From: Malacoraja senta
Lineage: Eukaryota
NCBI GenBank assembly: GCA_038087875.1
Contig: CM075982.1
Span: forward strand, 13,082,001 to 13,146,000
DNA: 64,000 bases
Reading direction: 5' to 3'
The notes under the pieces: model-generated
The model's input: only the letters and a program-made list of their open reading frames with translations
Database searches by the model: none
What the model was told of the DNA's origin: nothing
Shown: positions 50,020 through 61,845 of the stretch, piece after piece
How the letters are laid out: each line of letters opens with the position of its first letter
How positions within the stretch are numbered: position 1 is the first letter of the stretch
Position numbers and translations under genes: made by a program

Positions 50020-51236
50020 AATCACATATGGTTAAAGTACACATTGTCAGATTTTATTAAAGGCCATTTTTATACATTTTGGTTTCACCATGTAGAAATT
50101 GCAGCTGTGTTTATACATAGTCCCCCCCATTTCAGGGCACCATAATGTTTGGGGCACATGGCTTCACAGGTGTTTGTAATTGCTCAGGTGTGTTTAATTG
50201 CCTCCTTAATGCAGGTATAAGAGAGCTCTCAGCACCTAGTCTTTCCTCCAGTCTTTCCATCACCTTTGGAAACTTTTATTGTTGTTACAGAGGCTGCACT
50301 ACAAGATGCAAACCACTGGTTTGCCGCAAAAATAGGATGGCCGGGTTACAGTTTGCCAAGAAGTACTTAAAAGAGCAACCACAGTTCTGGAAAAAGGTCT
50401 TGTGGACAGATGAGACGAAGAATAACATATTAGAGTGATGGCAAGAGCAAATTATGGAGGAGAGAAGGAACTGCCCAATATCCAAAGCTTACCAGCTTGA
50501 AACATGGTGGTGAGGGTGTTATGGCCTGGGCATGTATGGCTGCAGAAGGAACTGGCTCACTTATCTTCATTGATGATACAACTGTTATGGTAGTAGCATA
50601 ATGAATTCTGAAGTGTATAGACACATCCTATCTGCTCAAGTTCAAACGAATGCCTCAAAAAACATTGGCCGGCGGTTCATTCTACAGCAAGACAATGATC
50701 CCAAACATACTGCTAAAGCAACAAAGGAGGCTTTCAAAGCTAAAAAATGGTCAATTCTTGAGTGGCCAAGCCAATCACCTGATCTGAACCCAATTGAGCA
50801 TGCCTTTTATATGCTGAAGAGAAAACTGAAGGGGACTAGCCCCCAAAACAAGCATAAGCTTAAGATGGCTGCATACAGGCCTGGCAGAGCATCAACAGAG
50901 AAGCCATCCAGCAACTGGTGATGTCCATGAATCGCAGACTTCAAGCAGTCATTGCATGCAAAGGATATACAACAAAATACTAAACATGACTACTTTCATT
51001 TACATGACATTGCTGTGTCCCAAACATTATGGTGCCCTGAAATGGGAGGTCTATGTATAAACCCTGCTGTAATTTCTCCACGGTGAAACCAAAATGTATA
51101 AAAATGGCCTTTATTTAAAATCTGACAATGTGCACTTTAACCACATGTGATTTTTTCTATTACAAATCTCAAATTGTGGAGTACAGAGGCAAATAAATAA
51201 ATGATTGGTCTGTCCCAAACATTATGGAGGGTACTG
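50020..51236 (+). mobile_element. Tc1-family (DD34E, IR/DR-type) DNA transposon, internally deleted and with truncated left TIR
   Basis: Transposase remnants VLWTDETK, QQDNDPKHT and SPDLNPIEH with 34 residues between D and E; inverted repeats at about 50020-50156 and 51016-51152; direct repeat gtcccaaacattatgg twice in the right IR; ends ...ACTG followed by TA (51237-51238). Confidence 0.92.
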
Positions 51237-51349
51237 TAAGTGCTTCCTGGTGAGGCAATTAAACATGCCTGTCATTAAAATCTATTCACAGACGACAAAA
51301 AACATGCATTTATTTCAAATCATTTTAACATTACGGTGATATGGTGCCA

Positions 51350-51640
51350 TAACGATGGCGCAGCAGTTGAGTTGCTGCCTTACAGCGCTCACGCGCCAGT
51401 GACCCGGGTTCGATCCCACTACGGATGCTGTCTGTGCGGAGTTTGTATGTTCTTCCCGTGACCGCGTTAGTTTTCTCCGAGATCATCGGTTTCTTCCACA
51501 TTCCAAAGACGTTGTAGGTTATTCTGCTTGGTATAAATATAAATTGTCCCTTGTGTGTGTGTAGGATAATGTGTGGGGATTGCTGGTCGGTGCAGACTCG
51601 GTGGGCCGAAGGGCCTGTTTTTGCGCTGTATCTCTAAAAA
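51350..51640 (+). mobile_element. V-SINE
   Basis: tggcgcagcagttgag A box, gggttcgatccc B box, SINE body and gctgtatctctaaa end. Confidence 0.88.
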
Positions 51641-52432
51641 TTTTAAATAACTAATTAACCTTTGATTTTACAATATTGTTTACAATATTATAAAATGTAC
51701 AATATTGTTAACTATTAACTTTTAATATAATATTGATAAATAAATTAGGACTTGCACATAGACAGGCAGAGTGAGGAAGAAGCCCTTCCAGTGTAGTGAT
51801 TAAGTATTTAGTGTTTAGTGGTGAAACCTAGTTCAGTTTAGTTTATTGTACACTCATTATTTTTCTTTATTGTTCACTATTGATACACTGCTAAACCAGG
51901 AGGGTAACACTTCTTTCACTTTCTTGTCTCCAACTTATTTTGTGACATAAAAATTACTTATTTCACCCTTTCCTTGCAAATGTCATTACTTGGTTTCTTG
52001 GCTTCAGACCACGTTTAAGATTTGAAGTAATCAATTGTTCAAAGCTGGCTTGCAAATACTGTTCAGAATGCTTGAAATTAAAGCAATATGAAAATAAATT
52101 GATTTTTCATATTTTGGTTAAATTGTGCAGAAAATATTGTTTCGGAGCGTGCAGCGAATTGTTACTGACATTGAGAAATGACCCTTGGTGAGATATGGGT
52201 TGTGGTGACTCTGCGGCTGCTGCCAGGTATTTCCTGCCAGGTGGTAAAGTGGAAATGTATAAAACGTTAAAATCTGGCATCACAAACCTGTTACCAAGTC
52301 ACTGTGCACACTGATTTGGTGTCTTATGTATGGATGTATTGTGAATTGGACAGCATGTTGAGTGTGAAGGAATTGTCCACCAGAATTAGGCAAAATGGCC
52401 CAATCCAGACACCAGTCAGGATCCGATCCTGA

Positions 52433-53300
52433 GTGTGTCGGAAGGAACTTTAGATGCTGCTTTACACCGAAGATAGACATAAAATGCTGGAGTATCTCAG
52501 CGGGTCAAGCAGCATCTCTGGAGAAAAGGAATAGGTAACGTTTCATGTCAAGGTTTCAAGGTTTCAAGTTCAGTTTATTGTCACATGTACCAATTAAGTT
52601 ACAGTGAAATTCAAATTACCATACAGCCATACTAAAAAAAAGCAACGAGACACACCACCACATAAAAGTTAACATAACCATCCACCACAGAAGATTCCCC
52701 ACGTTCTGCACTATGATGGAAGGCAATAAAGTCCAAACTTCTTCCTCTTTTATTCTCCTGGGGCAGTCGAACCATCCGCAGTCAGGGCGATCGAAGCTCT
52801 CGCAGCCAGCGGTCGAAGCCCTGCTTCAGGACGATCGAAGCTCCCGCGTTGGAGCGGTCGAAGCTCCTGCGGCTTGGAGTTTCCCAAGTCAGTCTCTAAC
52901 CAGAGGTCACGAGCTCCGTGATGTTAAGTCCGTAGGCTCCCGCGGTTGGAGCCCCAGAGTCGAGCCCCGACATGGGATCATTAGCTCCACGATATTAAGT
53001 CCGTAGGCTCCCGTGGTGGAGCTCCCGAAGTCGGTCTCCAGCAAAGACCGGCAACTCATCGATGTTAGGCCGCAGTGCGGATGGAGATACAATGTGGAAA
53101 AAAATGGCAACGAGGTAAGAGATTAGAAAACGTTTCCCCCAACTCCCTCCCCACCCCCCACATAAAGCAAGTTAAACAACACTAAAAACATACATTTAAC
53201 ACATACAAACAAACAACAAAGAAGGAAGGGAAAGACAGACTATTGGCGAGGCAGCCATTGCTGGCGCCACCCGGTGTGTCGAGACACTTCTTCAGACTGA
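52433..53300 (-). mobile_element. Penelope-derived hammerhead unit split by a 727-bp insertion
   Basis: 52433-52549 continues at 53277-53300 (tgtcgagacacttcttcagactga). Confidence 0.75.
52550..53276 (-). mobile_element. Non-coding retroposon with a Rex1-type 3' tail and internal repeats
   Basis: TGTC TSD at 52546-52549 and 53277-53280; minus-strand 3' end ...catgtgacaataaactgaacttgaaaccttgaaacctt resembles the tails at 46780 and 8015; no tRNA head and no recognisable ORF. Confidence 0.7.
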
Positions 53301-53789
53301 GAGGGGTTGAGTGGACCCATCTTCCGATCCTGAGTTACTGCCTGTACTGGATTCAACATTGGAGCTAGTATTTAACATGGGAGCTGCTATTAAGCACACT
53401 TGATGGATCGAGTGTGGAGCACCAGTAAGAACATTTACCAATGTAATTTGAAGCAATTATCATTTGATTGAGGTTAGCCATTGATTGACTTCCACTGTAT
53501 GTTACTTTGAGATGCCTAGTATTTGAAGGTTCTTTATTGTTCCTGAAATGCACAGGGAACATTGCAGCAGCAGCTGACAGCTTGTCTTTTGTGTAAAGCT
53601 TCTGTGATCATTGGTACTCCTAGATCTGAAGGCTTTAGGTGACTGATCCTCTTGACGCTCAGCTGGGAGAAAGAGGAGAGTGGGAGGAGGGAGGGGAGAA
53701 GGGCTCTTGTTAGAGGAATGTTAGCAAGGCACAATGACTTTCATTAAGGATGTTCTCACTGAAATATACTACATAGTCCAGCGGGTCAG

Positions 53790-54115
53790 CATAGCGACAC
53801 TGCACATAGACCCACTGTTTCACAGTGCCAGAGACTCAGGCTTAATCCTAACCTCAGGGGCTGTCTGTGAAGAATTCACATGTTATACCTTTGACCGTCT
53901 GGGTTTCCTCTGGGTGATCCAGCTTCCTCCCGCATACCAAAGACATGCAGGTTGGTTGGTTAATTGGCCACTGTAAATTGTTCTGAGTGCGTGTATGAGA
54001 GGAGCTGTTGAAAATTGTAATAGAATGAGAAATGAATCAAGGATGAATTTAGTTGATAGTCAGTGTGGACATGATTGGCTGCACTCTATCTCTCTATATC
54101 TATCTCTCTATGACT
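53790..54115 (+). mobile_element. Old V-SINE
   Basis: cacagtgccagagactcagg...gggtttcctctgggtgatccagcttcctccc...ggttaattggccactgtaaattg. Confidence 0.65.
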
Positions 54116-54441
54116 CTTCTTTTAGAAATGAACCTCAAACCACAACTGATTCCTCTTACCCCCACATATGAGACAAGGAGTTGTCATAAAGGAAGCAAGG
54201 CTCCCCAAAACTAGAACAACAGCAATAGGATCAGATATAAAAGCTAATGCAATGTCTACTTTATGCTCTTCAAAGAAAACGGTATTATTAATGTACAAGT
54301 GGCTGGAGAATTATGAGTTTCATTTGGATGCAGGGCGCAGTCTCCTTTGATCTCAAGGCATAGTTCTCAGTGAAGACCAGGTCTCTATCAAAGAAAAATG
54401 AAGCAACTGCATCTTGCCCAGAGATCAAACTGGGTAATCTC

Positions 54442-54610
54442 CAGAGATAGACACAAATTGCTGGAGTAACTCAGCGGATTAGGTACCATATCTGGAGAAA
54501 AAGGATGGGTGACAGGCAGCATCTCCAGAGATGCTGCTTGACCCACTGAGTTACTCCAGCATTTTGTGTCTATCTTTGGTATAAACCAGCATCTGCAGCT
54601 CCTTGTTTCT
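54442..54610. mobile_element. Palindromic Penelope-derived element lacking the hammerhead centre
   Basis: Inverted arms; 13-bp TSD ACTGGGTAATCTC at 54429-54441 and 54611-54623. Confidence 0.88.
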
Positions 54611-54924
54611 ACTGGGTAATCTCTAGTCTCTCGTACTGATGCGTCTTGATGCAGATTTGATTCCTCATTAGTATAATTGTCTATTCGTTGTTAATACTTT
54701 TACATAAATAAAGATAGAAATGTATGCCAATACTCAGCAGCTCAGGCAGCATCCGCGAGAAGAGAAACAGAGTTAATATTTAAGCTGCAGAGAGGGTGGG
54801 GGAAAATGGATAGGACAAAGGAAATTTCTGTGCAGTGAGGCCAGAGTTTCCTTCACCAACTTACATCCCACTCATTATCTCTCTTTCCTAGTTCTGAGAC
54901 AGAATCTTGAAACAAAATTGTTAA

Positions 54925-55223
54925 ACGGGCTGTCCCACTGTACGAGCTAATTCAAGAGCTCTCCCGAGTTTTAAACAAATTTAAACTCGTGGTAAGTACG
55001 TAGAATGTACGTAGCGGCTACATCGGAGCTCGGGACGTCTCTTAGGAGCTCGTAACGCTAACGGCAGGTACTCGGGAAACGCGGTAAGCTCGTGAAAACA
55101 TGTTGAAAAATGTCCACGAGAGCCCCAAGTACCTACGAGCGGCTATTACCGTAGTTCTCCGAGTTCGAATCAGGGGAAACTCGGGAGAACTCTTGAATTA
55201 CCTCGTACAGTGGGACAGCCCCA
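54925..55223. mobile_element. PIF/Harbinger-type MITE inserted in an older palindromic element (about 54710-55320)
   Basis: TIR gggctgtcccactgtacgag.taattcaagag.tctcccgagttt and its inverse; TAA TSD at 54922-54924 and 55224-55226. Confidence 0.9.
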
Positions 55224-56733
55224 TAACTTTGTTTCTCTTTCCACAGATGCTGCCTGACCTGCTGAGTACTTCCAGCATTTTCTGTCTTTATTTCATAATC
55301 CCAACACATGCAGTTATTTGATTTTCATTTTTTCTTGATATTTTAAAATAAAGAAATGAGGATTGGTTAAGATTTGGGATCAAATTCAAATCTGTTACAC
55401 ACCTTAACCTTTTGATACACATCTCTCTTAATATCTAACTCACGCTAACGGAGACTGGTCATCTGAACGACAGTATGATTGCAAGAGTTATCCATGAGCC
55501 CAACTATCTTCATGATGACCCATCCCCCATCACAAGGTCAGAGTCGGGTCTGCTTGTTGGCCAATTTTCAACTCCCTTCAGCTTTCTCTCAGATATCTGC
55601 ACATATCTAGTCTCGGGCTGACAAGTGGTGAATACTATTTATATCAAACATTGGATCTCAGAGAATGCATAAGCACCTCATAATAACACTTAGTATCATT
55701 GCTTATGATAACCTCTGGTCATCAACACCCTTGAACTGGTGAAGCAGCCCCTTTAATGCCTTGGCAACTAAAGCAAGATGGGTGAAGGGGTTCAAAGGTG
55801 CAGGTGGCTTCCTTTCTAACTCTCTAAATGCTCTCTACCAGGCCACCAATGTGTGGCGGGGTGATCTTCATTTGCTTGGTTAGTTACGACTGCTGCACTG
55901 CTCAGAAACTCCTTGCACGTGAAGCAGCCACCTTCATCAGCCCCCTCACCCCCTCGTCCCTTGCTTTAGCATAGACTTCCAACACTTCCACCGACAGTGC
56001 TTTGGCACCTGCTTTGCAGCTGTGAGATGCCCACAGAATCATCGAGCCTCTGTGGGAATGTAGCTTTAAAATGAGTCTGGCTGCTTTTTCGTGGGATGTA
56101 AAACCGACAGAACTGAGAGAAGTTACAACCATCAAGCTGGCTGCCTGTGACATCCCAACTGACCCCACAGTGGATTTCATGGCAAATTTTCACGGATTGT
56201 GTGCAGAATGGAGTCTGAATATTCTTGATAACAATAGGAGACTGAAAAGTTATTTGAATAATTCAAGCCTCCTACACCAAAGAGCTTCAGAACAAAAAAA
56301 AAAATCTAATTACAGCAGTGCGGTACGAGGAGGTAGTGGGTGGTATAGCCATCTGTAATACCTTCTGAGTCGAAAGGTCACATTGGAGGTTCCTCCGCTT
56401 TATAATTCATTACTCAGGAGGTGCCTGTCACTGGCAAGGCTGGAGTTTAATGTCCATCTTCAGCCACCTTGAGAAGGGGAATGTAAACCTTCTCAGCTAC
56501 GCATTCAATGCAGGGAATTTTGCTATTTTGAGAGAAGGGGTACAGATATATTTCCATGTGTAGGAAGGAACTGCAGATGCTGGTTTACATCGAAGAGAGA
56601 TACAAAAATGCTGGAGTGCACCGGTTCCTCCCACCACTCAAAGACATATAGCTTGGTAGATTGATAAGTTACTGATCAACTACTGTAAACTGTTTGAAGT
56701 GCGTGGATGAGCGTTGGAAGCAGCCAGCTTTCA

Positions 56734-57320
56734 TTCACAGACTGATTGTAGGAGGGAGGAATGAAAGCTGGAAGAGAGGAGAGGCAGGACAAAGCCTGGC
56801 AGGTAATAGGTTGATGCAGGTGGACAAAGACCAGTGACGAAAAGACAGAAGGTGTGAGACAAAAAGATGGAAGTTGTGAATTGTGAAGCTAGAGGAAGGA
56901 ATGTAGGAGGACGTGGAGGGGGAGGGGAGAAATAGGTGGTGCACTGGAGAGGAAGGTGGGTGGAGACGGGAGGTGTGGTGAAAGAAGAGAGAGGGGGAGG
57001 GTTTGTAGTTACCTAAACTTGGAGAATTCGATGTTCAGACCATTGGGTTGTAAGCTACCTAAGCGAAATGCGAGGTGTTGTTTCTCCAGTTTGTGTGTGG
57101 CTGCACTATTTCAGTGGAGGAGGCCCTGAACAGAAAGGTCAGTGGGGGAATGGGAAGAGGAGTTAAAGTGGTTAGCAACCGGGAGATCCAGTAGGCCTTG
57201 GCAGATTGATCGCATGTGTTCGGCAAAACAGTCGCGGAGTTTATGCCTTGGTCTCTCCAATGTACAGGTGGCCATATTGGCAACAATGGATGCTGTAGAT
57301 GAGGTTGGAGGCTCTTTAGC
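56734..57320 (-). mobile_element. Penelope-like element 3' fragment (GIY-YIG remnant)
   Basis: LRDCFAEHMRSI...LPVANHFNSSSHSPTDLSVQGLLH, homologous to ORF 58803-59543. Confidence 0.85.
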
Positions 57321-57410
57321 ATAATTTAGAATAAAGGCGGAAAAAGCCAAAAATAAAACCAGCAGATCAGCCAAGCATCGGTGGTACGGGAAGCAAAGTT
57401 AACATTCCTG

Positions 57411-57825
57411 TTAATTAAATCAGAGTGAGGCCACACGCAAATTGGAGGAACAGCAACTCATATTTCTCTTGGGCAGCTTACAAGCCAGCAGTATGAATAT
57501 TGATTTCTCTAACTTCAAGTAACCCTTGCATTCCCTCTCTCTCCGTCCCTCCCCCACCCTAGTCTTCCTGCTAGTTTCACCCTTTGTATCCCTTCGTTAT
57601 CACCTCTTCCCCAGCCAACAATGAACCATTGTGGGCTTCACCTTTCCTTGGTCACCGGTGCTTGCTCTGATTAGTTCTGTACCTTTTCATACCTCTAGTT
57701 TCTCTCTCCCTTAACTCTCAGTCTGAAGAAGAAGAAGAAGAAGAAGAAGAAGATACGTCACCTATTCCTTTTCTCCAGAGATGGGGCCTGACCCGCTGAG
57801 TTACTCCAGCATTTTGTGTCCATTT
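57411..57825 (+). mobile_element. 5'-truncated Penelope-like 3' end
   Basis: RKLEEQQLIFLLGSLQASSMNIDFSNFK, 3'UTR and terminal repeat; 12-bp TSD TTAACATTCCTG at 57399-57410 and 57826-57837. Confidence 0.88.
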
Positions 57826-58107
57826 TTAACATTCCTGGTCAATGGCATCTCATTAGTTATGAAATGACCTGAACTTGTTAACCTGGAGAGTATTTGCAGC
57901 ATTTTCTGCAGCCAGCCCAACAGAATCAGGGTCTCCTCACGAATAAAAGGTTCCAGCCTGAGCAGCGTTGAAAATCACACCAACTACATATTATCTTCCT
58001 CTGAATAATGGGGTGCTCTGACATTAAGACTCTGGTCTCTGAGAAAAATTCATGTCAGCCATCTGTGATCTGGATATCCAAGACTCCAGTAAAACAAACC
58101 CTTTGTA

Positions 58108-58237
58108 TTGTGTAGGAAGGAACTGTAGATGCTGGTTTACACCACAAATAGGCATAAAATGCAGTAAAAACTCAGTGGGACAGGCAGCATCATTGGATAG
58201 AAAGAATGGGTGAAGTTTTGGGTCGAGACCCTTCTTC
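58108..58237 (-). mobile_element. 130-bp hammerhead-headed Penelope-derived insertion
   Basis: Imperfect TSD AAAC(C/T)CTTTGTA at 58096-58107 and 58238-58249; the 5' end lies within the hammerhead core. Confidence 0.8.
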
Positions 58238-58591
58238 AAACTCTTTGTAATGGCGAGTCTTACTAACCTCTTTGAAATTGATCCCAATGAAAATAACAGT
58301 GAATTCAATTCATGGCTGTAAGTTACGAATGTAGGTTCTGAAATCCCCAAACTAATCTATTTAACGTGCTATCTTTACAAATGAACAACACTATTGCGTG
58401 GCCTTGAATATTGTATTAGTTCGTACAGTAGCCATTTTCAAATCAAGAATTTGGCCCAGACTTGAGTTACAAATAGGAAAGTTCACCAGAGGGAATCTAA
58501 AATTTAGAGCAAAAATAATTCACCGTGCTTGGGTTTTGTTTTGTTTTGAAAAGCATACTTAATTCTGTAACACAAATCTTGAAGGCACTGG

Positions 58592-59717
58592 AAGGTACAC
58601 AAAAATGCTGGAGAAACTCAGCGGGTGCAGCAGCATCTATGGAGCGTAGGAAATAGGTAACGTTTCGGGCCGAAACCCTTCTTCAGACTGATAGGGGGTG
58701 GGGAGAAGAAAGGAAAAAAGGAAAAGGAGGAGGAGGAGCCCGAGGGTTGGGGGAGGGGAGGAGACAACCAGATGGCTGATGAAGGGGAGGGGACAGCCAG
58801 GGCTAGCAGAATTGGGAGAATTCAACGTTCAGGCCACCAGGGTGTAGACTGCCCAAGCGGAATATGAGGTGCATTTCCTCCAATTTACGGTGTTGCTCGC
58901 TGTGGCCATGGAGGAGACCCAGGACAGAGAGGTCAGATACGGAATGGGAGGGGGAGTTGAAGTGCTGAGCCACCGGGAGTTCAGGTTGGTTATTGCGGAC
59001 CGACCGGAGGTGTTCGGCGAAACGATCGCCAAGCCTCCGCTTGGTCTCACCGATGTAGATCAGCTGGCATCTAGAGCAGCGAATGCAATAGATGAGGTTG
59101 GAGGAGATGGAGGTGAACCTCTGTCGCACCTGGAACGACTGCTTGGGTCCTGGAATGGAGTGGAGGGGGGAAGTGAAGGGACAAGTGTTGCATCTCTTGC
59201 GGTTGCAAGGGAAAGTACCAGGGGAGGGGGTGGTATGGGAGGGAAGGGAAGAATTGACAAGGGAGTTACGGAGGGAGCGGTCTTTGCGGAAGGCAGACAT
59301 AGGGGGAGATGGGAAGATGTGGCGAGTGGTGGGGTCACGTTGGAGGTGGCGAAACTGACGGAGGATCACTTGTTGTATGTGACGGCTGGTGGGGTGAAAG
59401 GTGAGGACTAGGGGGACTCTGCCTTTGTTGTGAGTGGGGGGATGGGGAGAGAGAGCAGTGTTGCGGGGTATGGCAGAGACCCTGGTGCGAGCCTCATCTA
59501 TGGTGGAGGAGGGGAACCCCCGTTCCCTGAAGAATGAGGACATTTCAGATGCCCTGGTGTGGAACGCCTCATCCTGGGAGCAGATGCGGCGTAGACGGAG
59601 GAATTGGGAGTGGGGGATGGAGTCCTTACAGGAAGCAGGGTGGGAAGAAGTGTAGTCCAGATAGCCATGGGAGTCGGTAGGTTTGTAGTGGATGTCGGTA
59701 AGGAGTCTATCACCTGC
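58592..59717 (-). mobile_element. 5'-truncated Penelope-like retroelement (RT thumb plus GIY-YIG endonuclease)
   Basis: ORF 58803-59543 (open further upstream): PLVLTFHP, CNRKRCNTC linker, NLIYCIRCSRCQLIYIGET-RRLGDRFAEH, E..LIFRLGSLHPGGLN; 11-bp TSD GAAGGCACTGG at 58581-58591 and 59718-59728. Confidence 0.95.
58656..58688 (-). ncRNA. Minimal hammerhead motif in the Penelope 3' terminal repeat
   Basis: GU-CUGAAGA-A-GGGUU(UC)GGCCC-GAAACGUU-ACC; stem II is retained through G-U pairs. Confidence 0.65.
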
Positions 59718-60122
59718 GAAGGCACTGGGTTCAGCTGAGATGTTATTTTCAAAATAAAATGGTGAATCATTTGACTTACGGTAAGTGGAGCTGAAATAAA
59801 TTAAAAATAGATTTATTCATGGGCCTGCCTCTCCAGGATCCACATTGAAAACACAATCAGAAGGACTGTATCCCTCCCCATTCTCACCTTACAGATCTTT
59901 GAATTCTATGGGGCACAGTGAAAGGCACAATTGTTGCAGCAAAGATCATTGATAAATCAGTATTTGCCTTTCAAGATAAAGAGAGGAGATTCAACATTCT
60001 GCACATTAAATATGTGCGGAATTTTTTGCTTCTCTCTCCTCTCTCTATTTTTATCGTTTCGTGTCCTTCCAATTCATCCCCATTAGCACCAATACTTATT
60101 TCAATCCCTTCAATTCCATGAA

Positions 60123-60254
60123 GTGTAAGAAGGAACTGCAGGTGCTGGTTTACACCGAAGATAGACACAAAATGCTGGAGTAACTCAGCGAGTCAGCAAG
60201 CACCTCTGGAGGGAAGGGAATAGATGACGTTTCAGGTCGAGACACTTCATCAGC
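60123..60254 (-). mobile_element. Hammerhead-headed Penelope-derived unit
   Basis: Minus strand begins CTGATGAAGTGTCTCGACCTGAAACGTC and continues with the family body; further partial copies at about 61452-61538 and 61692-61762. Confidence 0.75.
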
Positions 60255-61845
60255 TCCACTGCTTTTGCACTAGAGGGAACGCCAATCCCACTCTGTTCCC
60301 ATATTCCAGTCCTTCATCCTTATCTATCCTCCTTCCAACAATCTTGAACTTTCTCCACCACAACTCTAAGCTCCTGTTAACTTCTCAAAGAGACTTGGGA
60401 TGGGAAGGATAAAAATCTGCCTCTAATGCTGCAAATGTTAAATCTGATCTGACATCGATAGAATATACAGTGAATGGAATAATTGGTGTTAGATTGTGAG
60501 ATTGTAAATTGGTAGGTTAGGGGTGGTCTGAGCGTGGTTGAATGGGCCCGTTACCTTTATAATTTATGGTCTTGGGTCTGGGTAGTTAGTTACTCCAGGA
60601 GTGATTTAACTATTCTGGATTTTGCTTTGGCTGGTAGAGGGAAGGCTCTGGATTCAGCTTCCGTGGTCCACCCTGGAAACTGAGATTTCCACAAGATTAA
60701 AAAAGATATGACCTGCTGATGTCCAGAAGGGGTTCCAGTGTTCTACATGCCACATGCTCTACTGTGTTGGGCACATAGTCTGGATCAAGCAGGCAGGTTT
60801 GCCTCTGGTTTGGGTTTTAAGATGCATTACTGTTTATGGATGACTTGGAACCAGTTCATTGCTGGCTTTCAGGAAATTGAGGACTTTTTTTTCAGGATCC
60901 CAGCATGAGGAACAGACAGCTGGCTATTGGACCTAACTTATGAAGCTAAGCCTGAACTCACAAACTAGGCTCATGTGGAATTTGGGATGCCAAATGTTCA
61001 ACGCTGAAACTTTCATGGTGGCGGTTATGTTGTAAACTGATCAAAGTGTGCAGAAGTCAACACTGCCGGTTTTCAGATGTCCTGCTGGATGTTTTCTGCA
61101 TCCAATTTCAGAATTGCATCATCCACAGTATTCTACTTTTGTATTTAGGGGATTGTTGTACATGGCAAAAGATGCAATCTACCAAAGTTAACCTATTTAT
61201 TTGCAGCCAGTTGATGTGGGGAGTTTGGATTTTATTGATGTGTGCCTCTTGCGCTCATTCAGAATTAATTGCTAATCGTGTTCGCTGTGTTTTGGCACAG
61301 GATTTAACTCCCCCGGATGCAAATAAAACTCAGTTATTAATTTCAGAAGCAGCCCAATATTTATTGGCTATCCTCTACTTGCTCTACCATGACCACAGCC
61401 AATCAGTGTGGCCTCGTACTTCAATCCTAGCCAGGCTCAGCTCTGCTGGGTAGAACAGAAAGTGCTGGAGTAACTCAACGGGTCAGGCAACATCTCTGGA
61501 GGACAGGGATAGGCAACGTTTCATGTCGAGACCCTTCTCCGCTTGGGTCAGATTCCTGAGGGAATGCTATTCCCTATCTATTTGTTCATGAAAAGAATAT
61601 CTAAAGGAAGTAACTGGATGTTGAAAGATCAAAGGAGGAGGAAGGGAACACAACTGATATTGCAGGTCTTAAAACACCCAATGTAAATCTTAAGGATACA
61701 CAAAAAGCTGGAGTAACGCAGCGTGTCAGACAGCATCTCTGGAGAATAGGAATAGGTGATGTTAAGGAATCATGGTTCTGAAGGACAAATGGAGGTGAGA
61801 CTTGGATACTTCCGATGCACTTCATGCACAAAGAGAGACACAGTT

